Shown: positions 1 through 11,369 of the stretch, piece by piece
How positions within the stretch are numbered: position 1 is the first letter of the stretch
Layout of the letters: each line of letters opens with the position of its first letter
DNA from: Octopus sinensis
Lineage: Eukaryota
Assembly: GCF_006345805.1 (NCBI RefSeq)
Contig: NC_043017.1
Location: 17,732,001-17,796,000 of the forward strand
Length of the DNA: 64,000 nucleotides
Reading direction: 5' to 3'
Translations under genes and position numbers: made by a program
Notes under the pieces: generated by a model
The model's database searches: none
Seen by the model: only the letters and a program-made list of their open reading frames with translations
Told to the model about the DNA's origin: nothing

Positions 1-90
1 ACCGTTGCTGGATTTGAACCTGGAGTGAGATCTGGAATATTCTATCTGATACTTTTCATCAATCAACCAACTTATCAAGCTTATATATAT

Positions 91-243
91 TTCTTTACTA
101 CCACAAGGGGCTAAACACAGAGGGGACAAACAAGGACAGACAAACAGATGAAGTCAATTACATCGACCCCAGTGCGTAACTAGTACTTTATTTATCGACC
201 CCGAAAGGATGAAAGGCAAAGTCGACCTCGGCGGAATTTGAGC
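91..243 (-). mobile_element. SINE family A, 5'-truncated copy
   Basis: Reverse complement of the core GTCGACTTTGCCTTTCATCCTTTCGGGGTCGATAAA, which recurs more than 8 times in the window. Confidence 0.85.
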
Positions 244-469
244 TTATATATGTTCACCAACAGTGTGTGAATTATGTTAAAAGGATTTATTATTGTTTAA
301 GAGTAAAGTGTGGCAAATTACTCTACCATCCAAAACTAACATAACTGTAGGGATGTCATCTATATGTATCTCTGAGGATAATGCTCCGGTATGGCCACAT
401 TCCACTGACTGAAACCAGTAAAAATAAATAAAATTAGAGCTACAAAGAAGGACAATTTATTATGTTGAA

Positions 470-695
470 CCCTTTAGCATTCAGATTATTTTCTCAAATG
501 TATTGTTTTATTATTCAAATTGTTTTGAATATTAATTCAAGACAATGCATTATCTTGTATCACTGAGAATTTTGATAATGTGATTGTTTATTTTGGAATA
601 ACATTGCAGAGTGGTGTGAAAGGCCTGATCTGGTTAGTCTGAACATAAAACATGTAGAATATTTGGGGTGTATGTGGTGTTTGAATGCTAAAGGG
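470..695. mobile_element. piggyBac-like MITE
   Basis: Terminal inverted repeat CCCTTTAGCATTCA...TGAATGCTAAAGGG, flanked by TGAA (left) and TTAA (right). Confidence 0.7.
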
Positions 696-744
696 TTAAA
701 AAAAAAATCAAAGAATTTGAAAGGATCTGGAAATAATTATTGGT

Positions 745-935
745 TTTATTTTTTACTTTTTATTTTTTATTTTTTACTTTTTTTTTACTTTTTTTTACTT
801 TTTATTTTTTACTTTTTTTACTTTTTATTTTTTATTTTTTATTTTTTACTTTTTATTTTTTTATTTTTTACTTTTTTTTACTTTTTTTACTTTTTTTTAC
901 TTTTTATTATTATTATATATATATATATATATATA
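745..935. repeat. Degenerate T-rich repeat (TTTTTTTAC/TTTTTA) followed by (TAT)n(TA)n
   Basis: Direct reading. Confidence 0.9.
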
Positions 936-1100
936 TTATACTAGACTACCTGTGACCCGTTGGGTCACCTGGAAAGTCTGAGTTTCCCAGCAATGGAGTT
1001 TTGTTTCATGGGTTTCTTTTTCTTTTCCAGGTTATTTTGCATACTTTCAACGAATATGACATCAAAATCATGTGTAAACGGCTCCTTTCCCAGGAAAAGG

Positions 1101-1219
1101 AAAGATTTGGCTGCTATTTCTTGCACGCCTTGCTACCACATAACAGGTATTTCGAGTCCTTTATCACAAATAGCTGTTACGTGGTAGCAGGGCATGCTAG
1201 AAATAGCAGCCAAATCTTT
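1101..1219. mobile_element. Hairpin MITE with 46-bp inverted arms
   Basis: Arms 1101-1146 and 1174-1219 match at 42/46. The end motif GATTTGGCTGCTATTTC recurs near 46900, 48280 and 58290. GG on both flanks. Confidence 0.7.
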
Positions 1220-2084
1220 GGAGCTGGGACACATTGAATGCACTCCAAAAATTTTTTGTAATGGTGTTCCTTTGAGGTGATCTTTCACTTTGACTCTCAG
1301 AACTGTCACCTGGATCAGATGGTTTTGTTCATAAATTTCTGTAAAATTTTCTTATTTATTTACTTATGTTTTAAAGTGAAAGAGAGGAGAAAGTGAAAGA
1401 TGCATGAATGTGTATATGAAATGGATGTATGTGTGTGTGTGTGTGAGAGAGATAGAGAGAGAGAGTGCCATTTACTCATACATGAGAACACACAGGCTCA
1501 CTCACTCTCTCTCTCTCTCATACACACATGTACATACAAAAAGATGTACGCATATGTATTCATGTATGCACGTATACATGACAACACATCCCTTCACTCA
1601 CTCTCTCACTCCCCTTCACTCTGTTCCTCTCTCACTCTTCCTCTCTTTCTTACACATATGTCCATTTCATATACTCGTACATACATCTTTCACTTTCTCC
1701 TCTCTTTCGCATGAAAACAAAAGTAAATAAATAAAAAAATTTTATGGAAATTAACTGACTTGAAAATAATTTTAAAAAACATTAAAGAAAGCTAAAATAT
1801 AAATACTTACTGTACAAACAACTTACATTTTTGAAATCACATTCAGTTAAAATATTTCTAAATAATTAAAATATTGTGTACGTCAAAAAGTTGACATCTT
1901 GTTTCTTAGAGAGCGTGAAGGCTATGTGTGTATATATGTCATAGATAGAGGATGTGTGTTTGTGTTGATTGACATGCCATGACAGTCATTATATGTGTGT
2001 GTATTCTGTATTTGTGTTGATGTCACAAGTAAACACAAAAATTGTGCTTACTCATTTTCATTAATAAATAGAAGTCCAAATTTG

Positions 2085-2285
2085 TACTGTGTTGCCGAAG
2101 GTAAGTTTGAAAATAAATACAGAGAAAAAATTAAAATAAAATATACTAATTCTGAGATATTATGGGTGCACACAAATATTCATAGAGTTTTAGTATTATT
2201 AAGATACATAAATACTTTATTTTTGGAAGGAACATTGTTTTCTTTTCCTTTTATGCAAACTGTCAAATTTAGCCAAAACACCCCG
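2085..2285 (+). mobile_element. 3' remnant of a Tc1/mariner (maT-like) element
   Basis: Shares the 3' end TTTTATGCAAACTGT.AAATTTAGCC.AAACAC.C.G|TA with the maT copy ending at 57298. Confidence 0.55.
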
Positions 2286-2295
2286 TATATGTATA

Positions 2296-2577
2296 TGGCC
2301 CAGTGGTTAGGGCAGCAGACTCGCTGTCATAGGATCGCGGTTTCGATTCCCAGACCGGGCGTTGTGAGTGTTTATTGAGCAAAAACACCTAAAAGCTCCA
2401 CGAGGCTCCGGCAGGAGGTGGTGATCCCTGCTGTACTCTTTCACCACTCTTTCTCCCACTCTTTCTTCTGTTGGTCTGCTCGCTTAGCCAGCATCATCCA
2501 AAGGCTAAAACAATGCGAACGCATTGTGACCAGCGATGTGCAACTACATCTGATGGACTGGTCGGTCACGTGATCAT

Positions 2578-2578
<1 letters not shown>
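2296..2578 (+). mobile_element. tRNA-derived SINE family D, tail type 1
   Basis: A-box-like TGGCCCAGTGG and B-box-like GTTTCGATTCCC; central domain shared with 18942-19323 and 53635-53928; followed by (TA)n. Confidence 0.8.
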
Positions 2579-2635
<57 letters not shown>

Positions 2636-2934
2636 TATACATATATATACACACATATATATGTATATGTTGTGCTGATAGACATTTACACTCATGTGGA
2701 ATTAAAAGATGGCTTTGTTGAACTCTTATTAGAGTAACGTTATCGATGAAATGACAGAGGGCATTTGGAGTCGCATGTAGCAGTAGTCAAAGTACATCGT
2801 GTGAATACATTGCTTTACCTCCACTTCATTAAATCATATATCCAAACACAAGGATATAAAAGTGGCAATAAGTTATTTGAAGCTTGCATCAGATGTTAAA
2901 ATTTTTTGGTACGAAACCAAAGAAAAAAATCGTT

Positions 2935-3785
2935 AACATGGAGGATTTATTGGCCTGCGTGGTACAGTTGCAACAGCAGCTGCAATTGCAACTGCAACAA
3001 CAATGGTTGCTGTAATTAATGTTGAAGAAGTCTGAAAGTATTTCAGGGTCAGTCATGGCAGACGGTGTAGCAAACTCAATTGGAGAGTTCATTTATAACC
3101 CAGAAGAAGGTATTATTTTCTCTGCATATTTTCGAAGATATGGAGAAATTTTCAAAGAAGAATGTAGAAATTGGACCAAGAAGAAAGTGCAACTACTTTT
3201 AAGTAAGTTATCCCCAGTCAAATACAAAAAATATTATAATTATATTCCACTGAAGAAACTTTTTTTTTTGCATACTTTCAACTAATATGACATCAAAATC
3301 ATGTGTAAACGGCTCCTTTCCCAGGAAAAGGAAAGATTTGGCTGCTATTTCTTGCACGCCTTGCTACCACAGAACAGGTATTTCGAGTCCTTTATCACAA
3401 ATAGCTGTTAGCTGGGACACATTGAATGCAGGTGAGATTTGTTTTGATGAAACAATTACCTTTTCATTGAAAATTTTCAGTGAAGGAAATTCCTTGTTCC
3501 ACTCATTGGCAGTGTTTAAATTTGGTTAAAAAAATTGAAGATTTCATCACCTATGATGTGGTTGTTAACAGAGAGTTTGAAAAATTCAAATTAAATGACT
3601 TAATCCTGGACATATTCAGATATCTAATTTTTGTTCAAGGGCTAACTGCAAGCAAAAATACAGATATATGTTCTCAGATATTAACAAAATTAGAATAGGA
3701 CCAAAAATTAACTCTACAGGCAATAGCAGAGAAATGCTAAAGGATTATAAATTTAAGACATGATGCAGATAAAATTGAAGAATAT
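2935..3785 (+). pseudogene. Gypsy LTR-retrotransposon gag remnant, frameshifted and interrupted by a 165-bp insertion
   Basis: Peptides IGEFIYNPEEGIIFSAYFRRYGEIF..KVQLLLSKL, EICFDETI and WQCLNLVKK..DFITY..VNREFEKFKL..LIFVQGLTASK..ILTKLE match, from memory, invertebrate Gypsy gag (K02A2.6-like). Confidence 0.75.
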
Positions 3786-3869
3786 ATTTTGGTAAGTACA
3801 TGTGTGTATGCCCAAATGTTAAACAGTATATATTTTTGTAAATCTATGGCCTATCTGAAAGTGTATATG

Positions 3870-4210
3870 TATAAAGGTCTGTATGATTATGTGTGTGTAT
3901 ATATATATGTGTATGTCTATGTATGTATGTATGTATGCATGTATTGGTATGCATGTATGTATGTACGTTTGTGTATGTATGGGTGTGTGTGTATTTATAT
4001 ATATATGTATGTATGTTTATGTGTGTATGTGTATGTATATGTGTATATATCTATATATATGCATATATATGTGTGTATATGTATATATATATATGTGTGT
4101 GTGTACATGTATGTATATAAATGTATATATATATGTGTGGGCATATCTATATATACATGTAAGTATGCCTACTTACATGAACATATATGAATACCTATAT
4201 ATGTATGTGT
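3870..4210. repeat. Compound (TA)/(TG)/(GTAT) microsatellite
   Basis: Direct reading. Confidence 0.9.
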
Positions 4211-4214
4211 ATAG

Positions 4215-4504
4215 GTACTTATTCTATTGGTTTCTTTGGTTGAACCGCTAAGTTACGAAGATGTAAACACACTAGCATCGGTTGTTAAGCAATGGTGGTG
4301 GGGAACAAACACAGACACACAAACACATACACACACACACATATATATAAACGAAGGGCTTCTTTCAGTTTTAGTCCACCAAATCCACTCACAAGACTTT
4401 GGTTGGCCTGAGAATATAGTAGAAGACACTTACCATCAGACAGTGGAACCTGAAACAATGTAGTTGGTAGGTAAGCTACTTACCACACAGCCACTCTTGT
4501 GCCT
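4215..4504 (-). mobile_element. SINE family B, diverged copy
   Basis: Reverse complement of the head GGAGTGGCTGTGTGGTAAGTAGCTT and of the body. Confidence 0.85.
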
Positions 4505-4689
4505 ATATATACAAATATAACAAACCAGGGAGGTTTTTAATTTTTTTCTCCATTTTATTGACTTTTTAATTTTATATATGTGTGTGTGTATAGATGTATA
4601 TGTATATGTGTGTGTGTATATATATATATGAGTATGTATGTGTGGGCATATATGCAAATATATGTGTATATGTAAGTATGTATTTGTAA

Positions 4690-4751
<62 letters not shown>

Positions 4752-4932
4752 GTCTATGTATGTATGTATCTATCTATCCATCTATCTGTATATATATATA
4801 TATAAATGTATACCTCAAGGTCCAGTTATGCATGTTAGAAATCATATAATTTTAAAAAATATATATATTTTCATATATATACATGCAGGTGTGTATAAGT
4901 GTTTAATTAGTGTAAATATATATATCTGTGTC

Positions 4933-4987
<55 letters not shown>

Positions 4988-5169
4988 ATGAATATAAGGA
5001 TGTGTATCTAGGAATGTACATGCATGTGTATGGGTGTATTGCACATAAATGCAAAACAAGGTGGTAAAAATAGTACTCGAATACCAGTGGTATTAATATG
5101 TTTTTTTAAAAAGCAGCATAAATATCACAAAAACTGTTACTCGGAGTTTCACATTCCCATTCATCGAAC

Positions 5170-5215
5170 AAAACTGCCTGATGAGTGGGAACGTGAAACT
5201 CTGAGTAACAGTTTT
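5170..5215 (+). ncRNA. Minimal type I hammerhead ribozyme motif
   Basis: AAAACTGc-CTGATGA-GTG(GGAA)CGT-GAAAC-TCTGA-GTA-aCAGTTTT. Stem I has 7 bp plus a C/A closing mismatch; stem III is palindromic ACTC-T-GAGT. Confidence 0.7.
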
Positions 5216-5224
5216 TGTGATATT

Positions 5225-5227
<3 letters not shown>

Positions 5228-5272
<45 letters not shown>

Positions 5273-5742
5273 TGTGTACAGTGCTCAGGTGCACTACAAC
5301 TCATCTAAAGTGTATGTATAATCAGGTGTAGTTTCGGCGGATTTCGGAAAGCATGAGGGCCTTAAAGGATGCAGTGTCATGGCAGTCAACAACTGACGCA
5401 GGCAGTTTGTTCCATGCTTCAGCAACTCTGAGCGTGAAAAAATGTTTCCGAAAGTCATGGGAGCTGTGTTGTTTTCTGACTTTGTAGGCATGTCCACGTG
5501 TGTTAGACACATGAAGATCAAAAAGGTGTTCAGTGTTGTTGTTGGTGAGGTGGTTGATAACTTTGTGGGTGTTTACCATGTCCATCGCCAGATGCCGGAG
5601 CTTCAGTGAATCCATGCCCAGGGAAACAAGGCGCTCAGAGTATGGTAGCTGTCTGATGGAGGGTATGCGTTTGGTTGCACGTCTCTGAACAGATTCCAGG
5701 AGGTCAATGTTCTGAGCAAGATAGGGGTTCCAAACTGCTGCT
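5228..5742 (-). mobile_element. CR1-type LINE 3' end (ORF2 C-terminus, 3' UTR and (TTA)n tail)
   Basis: AVWNPYLAQNIDLLESVQRRATKRIP..YSERL..LG and HFFTLRVAEAWNKLP; near-identical copy at 36748-36973. Confidence 0.85.
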
Positions 5743-6187
5743 TTTTAATAAAGTATATGGGTGTATGAATATATATACACATAAGTATATGTGTACCTAT
5801 TTCTATATCAGTGTGCACTTGTATTTACGTACATATATGTAAATCTATGTACATCCTTGTAAACATAATTATTATTTGAGAATATACAGGTATATTAATT
5901 GTTGTCTCCCCTACATTACTACACATTTCACATCATATTTTATTTTACTTTTGATTTCCTTTTTATGATAATATAAACATCTATAAAATCAAAAACATTA
6001 TTTTCGACATACATCAACGCAAAAACACTTTACTTATATACTAAATAGCTTAATATCTGACTATACATTTATTAAATATAAGACTATTACATAAGTAGTT
6101 CCCTTTTATACATCTTTACTCATATTGTATGTATTTCATAAAGTTCTTATGAATTTATTGAGCTGTGGTTAGATAATTAATTACATG

Positions 6188-7980
6188 TTCAGGCTAGGGT
6201 TAGGGTTACAGAAATTTCCGGCAATCTCCGGCAATTTCCGGGTTAGGGTTAGGGTTAGAGTTAGGGTTAGGGTTAGGGATAGGGTTAGGGTTAGGGTTAC
6301 AGTTAGGGTTAGGTTTAGGGTTAGGGTATGGGTTAGGGTTCGAGTAGGGTTAGGGGTAGGGCTAGGGTTAGGTTTAGGGTTAGGATAGGGTTAGGGTTAG
6401 GGTTAGTGTTAGGGTTAGGGCTAGGGTAAGGGCTAGGGTTAGGATTACGGTTACGGGGATCTCCGGCAATCTTCGGTAATTTCCGGCAACTTCCAGTAAT
6501 CTCCGGCAATTTCCGGCAATCTCCAGTAATTTCCGCATTAGGGTTAGGGTTAGGGATAGGGTCAGGGCTAGGGCTAGGGTTAGGTTTAGGGCTAGGGTTA
6601 GGGTTAGGGTAAGGTTTAGGGTTACGTAGATTTCCGGCAATCTCCGGCAATTTCCGGAAAATTCCAGTAATTCCTGGTAATTTCCGGTAATCTCCGGGAT
6701 TTTCCGTCATTTTCAGGCAATTCCCATTAATCTTTGGCAATTTCCAGCAATCTCTGGCAATTTCCGGCAATCTCCGGTAATTTCCGCATTAGGGTTAGGG
6801 TTAGGGATAGGGTCAGGGCTAGGGCTAGGGTTAGGTTTAGGGCTAGGGTTAGGGTTAGGGTAAGGTTTAGGGTTACGTAGATTTCCGGCAATCTCCGGCA
6901 ATTTCCGGAAAATTCCAGTAATTCCTGGTAATTTCCGGTAATCTCCGGGATTTTCCGTCATTTTCAGGCAATTCCCATTAATCTTTGGCAATTTCCAGCA
7001 ATCTCTGGCAATTTCCGGCAATCTCCGGTAATTTCCGGCAATCTCCGGGTTAGGGTTAGGGATAGGGTAAGGGTTAGGGCTAGGGTTAGGGTGAGGGTTA
7101 GGGTTAGGGTAGGGTTAGGGTTAGGGTAGGGTTAGAGTTAGGGTTAGGGTTAGGGTAGGGTTAGGGTTAGGGTTAGGGCTAGATTTAGGGCTAGGGTTAG
7201 GGTTAATGTTAGGGTTAGGGTTCGGGTTAGGGTAGGGTTAGGGTTAACATTAGTGTTAGAGTTAGAGTTAGGGTTAGGTTTAGGGTAAGGTTTAGGGTTA
7301 GGGTTAGGGTTAAGGGTTAGGGTAGGGTTAGAGTTAGGGTTAGGGTTAGGGTTACGGTTAACATTAGTGTTAAAGTTAGGGTTAGGGTTAGGTTAAGGGT
7401 TAAGGGTTTGGGTTAGGGTTTAGGGTTAGGGTTCGGGTCAGGGTTAGGGCTAGTGTTAAGGCTAGGGTTAGGGCTAGGGTTAGGGTTAGGGTTAGGAATA
7501 GGGTTAGCGTGAGGGTTAGGGTTAGGGTAGGGTTAGGCTTAGGTTTAGGGTTGGGGCTAGCGCTAGGGTTAGGGTTATGTTTAGGGTTAGGGTTAGGGTT
7601 AGGGTTAGAGTTAGGGTTCGGGTTAGGGTTAGGGTTAACATTAGTGTTAGAGTTAGGGTTAGGGTCAGGTTTAGGGTAAGGTTTAGGGTTACGGTTAATG
7701 TTAGGGTTAGGGTTAGGGTTAGGGTTAGGTTTCGGGTTAAGGATTAACATTAGTTTTAGAGTTAGGGTTAGGGTTAGTTTTTGGGTAAGGTTTAGGGTTA
7801 CGGTTAGTGTTAGGGTTAGGTTTCGGGTTAAGGGTTTGGGTTAGGGTTTAAGGTTAGGGTTAAGTGTTAGCATTAGGTTTAGTTTTAAGGTTTAGGTTTA
7901 GGGTTAGTTTTAGGGTTATGGTTAGGTTTAAGTGTTAGGGTAAGCGTTAGGGTTAAAATTATGGTTATGGTTAGGGTATG
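6188..7980 (+). repeat. Interstitial telomere-like (TTAGGG)n array with GGCAATTTCC/GGCAATCTCC 10-mer blocks
   Basis: About 1.8 kb dominated by TTAGGG and variants; 251-bp tandem duplication (TTCCGCATTA at 6531 and 6782). Confidence 0.9.
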
Positions 7981-8067
7981 GGTGGGTGGATGAATGGATA
8001 ATTCATTAATTATATATATGTATATTATATATGTATATATGTTATATATGTGTATATATATATATGT

Positions 8068-8365
8068 TGGTTGGATGGACGGACGGACGGACGGATGGAC
8101 AGATGGACGGGCAGTTGGTCGGATGGACGGATGGTCGGATGGATGGATGGATGAATGGATGGACAGATAGACGGATGGTCGGATGGATGGATTGATGGAC
8201 GGATGGACGGATGGACAGATGGACGGATTGATGGATGGATGGACAGATAGGTGGATGGATGGATGGATGTTTGGACCGATGGATGGATCGATCGATGGAT
8301 GAATGGATGGATCATGGATGGATGGGTGCGTGGGTGTATGGATTTATGGATGGATGGATGGATGT
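8068..8365. repeat. (GGAT)/(GGAC) tetranucleotide repeat
   Basis: Direct reading. Confidence 0.9.
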
Positions 8366-8506
8366 AAGTAAGTAAGTACATAGTCATTAATCAATTAAAC
8401 GAGTCATTAGAAACGGCCATAATGGATTGACAGCTGTCCTTCATTTGTTATTTATTCATATATATTTAGCAGGGAGACCAAGTTGATAGTTTGATAACCT
8501 GCTTAA

Positions 8507-8640
8507 CCCTTTCATTACCAACCCAGCCAAAACCGGCTCTGGCTCTGTAGTACAAATGTCTTGTTTTCATAAGTTTTGCATTAAAATATACCACCAAACC
8601 TTAGTCGCAATTTATGTTCCTAACACTAGCTTAATGATAA
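8507..8640 (+). mobile_element. piggyBac-like MITE left end, no matching right end seen
   Basis: TTAA|CCCTTTCATTACC start. Confidence 0.45.
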
Positions 8641-9256
8641 CCACTGGATTTGGTTAAAAAGAGACGATGAGCGATGGCTAGAAGTATATTGAGTTCTTCA
8701 TAACCAGCTCATCTAGCAAGCGGGGCCTCATATCAGTGAGGGGGGCCGGTGCGCATTGATGCCGTCAAGAGGTAGGCCCCGAAACGGCGCGCATTCTCTC
8801 CTGATGACCCCATACACTTGCTAGCTTCTGATATACGGAGCTTTTAACTGGTAGCACTTGCATGTGCAAGTTGTTTGCAAGACAAATTCTTTGTTATATT
8901 TAATCATGATGTTGCTATTGTCAAAATTAGATGCAGTAAGAGCTTGTAGCGGTGATATCGGTGGTGATGAATTTCATGCTGTGGGGTAAGTAAGCTACAT
9001 TGTTAGGCTCCACAGAGATGTTTAAGGTTTTTCTGAAGAGAGAACATGTGATCCATTTGAGCGCATCTGACTTGTTGACCAGGTAATTTGACGTAATTGT
9101 TTACGGGACAAATTGTGCCTAAAAACTAACTAATCAGAGCAAATGGTTAAAACATGATCTTTGCAGCATAATATTCTCTGCTATGTCCAAACAATTATAA
9201 AGAAAAGGGAGTGAGAATAGTTTGTCATTTATGCTTATGTCGATCCATTCTGCTTA

Positions 9257-9756
9257 TCATCATCATCATCATCATCATCATCATTTAGCGTCCGCTTTCC
9301 ATGCTACATGGGTTGGACGGTTCAACTGGGGTCTGGGAAGCCAGAAGGCTGCACCAGGCCCAGTCTGATCTGGCAATGTTTCTACGGCTGGATGCCCTTC
9401 CCAACGCCAACCACTCCATGAGTGTAGTGGGTGCTTTTTACGTGCCACCGGCACAGGTGCCAGACGGGGCTGGCAAACGCCCACGGTCGGATGGTGCTTT
9501 TTACGTGCCACTGACACGGGGGCCAGGCGAGGCTGGCAACGGCCACGATTGGATGGTGCCTTTTACGTGCCACCGGCACGGAGGCCAGTCGGGGTGGCGC
9601 TGGCAACGGCCATGATCGGATGGTTCGCTTACGTGCCACCGGCACTGGTATCACAGCTGCAATTTCCATTGATGTTGATCAACTTCGATTTTGGTTCTGA
9701 TTTCCACTTGCCTCAACAGGTCTTCACAAGTGGAGTTTTGTGTCCCAAGAAGGAAA
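9257..9756 (-). mobile_element. SINE family C with (GAT)n tail and internal ~50-bp subrepeats
   Basis: (CAT)n-TTTAGCGTCCGCTTTCCATGC..GGGTTGGACGG tail; repeated GCTTTTTACGTGCCACCGGCAC; at least 5 other copies in the window. Confidence 0.85.
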
Positions 9757-11369
9757 TATATATAATAGTATGTCACAGCTATTACATTATCTTCAAGTTA
9801 GTGTGTTAACTCTAGGTTATATACAGTATATTTATACATATACAATATACACACATATATATATAAGTCTTCAAAGAACATAATAGAAACACAGAAACAA
9901 TGGAATAATGCAATTTTGTATAAATGAACACACACAGTCCTGTAGTATCTATACACACACAAATACACACATGTATAAGTGTAGTGCATATAATATACAC
10001 ACACACACACACACATACATACATACACACAAGCATACACATCTATCTATAAGTGTAATGAACACACATACATTTATGTTTGTGGTCAGTTTTGAGGTAT
10101 TTATCATATAGCAAGTCAATGTTTGCACTTTTTATTGAGAGGAACAAACTGTACAGGAACAAAGCCATAGAAAATGCAAGATATTGGTGTGGATGTGTAC
10201 ATATGTTTGTGTTGGTGCATGTGTATATTTACACACACACACACACACACACACATAAATACACACGCATATATTGCTAGTGGTGTTGTTCCAGTTACAA
10301 CAGATTTTTTAATGAAAACAGAAAAAAAGTGAAAATCATAAAAAGAAGAGAAAAGAAAAAAAAAAATTGAAAATCGTGGCAGCACTAGAGAAAACTGGTA
10401 ATGGAAATTCTCCAACAAAAATCTGTTTCTGGGCAACATTACAAATTTCATGATGCCATATCTACTAGTGTCTCCATTTCGGGAGAGAATTTGGAAATAT
10501 TGCTAACAAAAGTCCAAGCCATTTGAATTGATCTGATACACAAATATCTATCAACTAAGACTAAATTCATAACAGTTAGGTGGGATGGGGATTGGGGTGC
10601 AGTGGTGGTGTTTTATATATTTTATGCATTTATTTTTTTTACATATTTGTGTTTTTGTTTTTATTGAATGATTCAGAGTTTACGATATAGTTTTTCACGC
10701 ATTTGTCACCTGCTGTGTTACGAATGCATTATGAGGTGATGTTGTTATTGTTGATTTAGGTGTGTGTATTCTTTATTATTTTATAATTTCCATATTCCAA
10801 TATTTATTTCCGATCTTCTTTCTTTCTTTCTTTCATTTTTTTCTTCTTTCTTTTCCTTCCTTCATTATAAAATATTTTTGTTTCAAACTTCATACTCAGT
10901 AAGCAGATGAAGATTATTATAACACTACCCACAGCCATCATCATCATCATCATCATCATCACCACCACCACCACCACCACCACCACCACCACCACCACCA
11001 TCATCACCACCACCACCACCACCACCGCCGCCGCCGCCACCACCACCACCACCACCATGTAACATCCATATCAAACCCATGTCAGCATGAAAAACGGATG
11101 TCAAATGATGATGATGTTCCATGCTGGCATGGGTTGGAAAGTTTGACAGGATCTGATGTGTCCAAGGACTACATCATCGAGTGCCAATGACTGCTTTGGC
11201 ATGATTTTTACAGCTGGATGCATGAAGGGGTGTCACTGTAATGGATGGAGAATCAAAAGTATAGCACTTTCAGAACTCAGTTTTACTGAGGACAGTGAGT
11301 CCTTTTGAAAACCTCATATAGCCAGAGATCCAAGTCCTTTGTCATCTCATCCATCAGGCTCAGGGTCCT

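Noticed and set aside
371-425. CTGAGGA..GAAACCAGTA
   Set aside because: GAAAC..GTA is the ordinary SINE 3' end; no stems form.
1827-1857. Minus-strand micro-exon (NILTECDFKN) with a GTAAGT donor
   Set aside because: Only 31 nt and no compatible partner exon was found; compatible with chance.
2296-2350. tRNA gene
   Set aside because: The A/B boxes belong to SINE heads; no cloverleaf with an acceptor stem.
6188-7980. True chromosome telomere
   Set aside because: 56 kb of ordinary sequence follows the G-strand 3' end, and the degeneracy gradient is the reverse of a terminal array.
8931-8985. GGDEF peptide in a candidate exon
   Set aside because: Five-residue coincidence; no diguanylate cyclase domain context, and the DNA is animal.
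9430-9650. CRISPR-like repeat/spacer appearance (also 63110-64000)
   Set aside because: These are SINE-internal subrepeats or a minisatellite with (TA)n spacers; no cas genes, and the context is eukaryotic.
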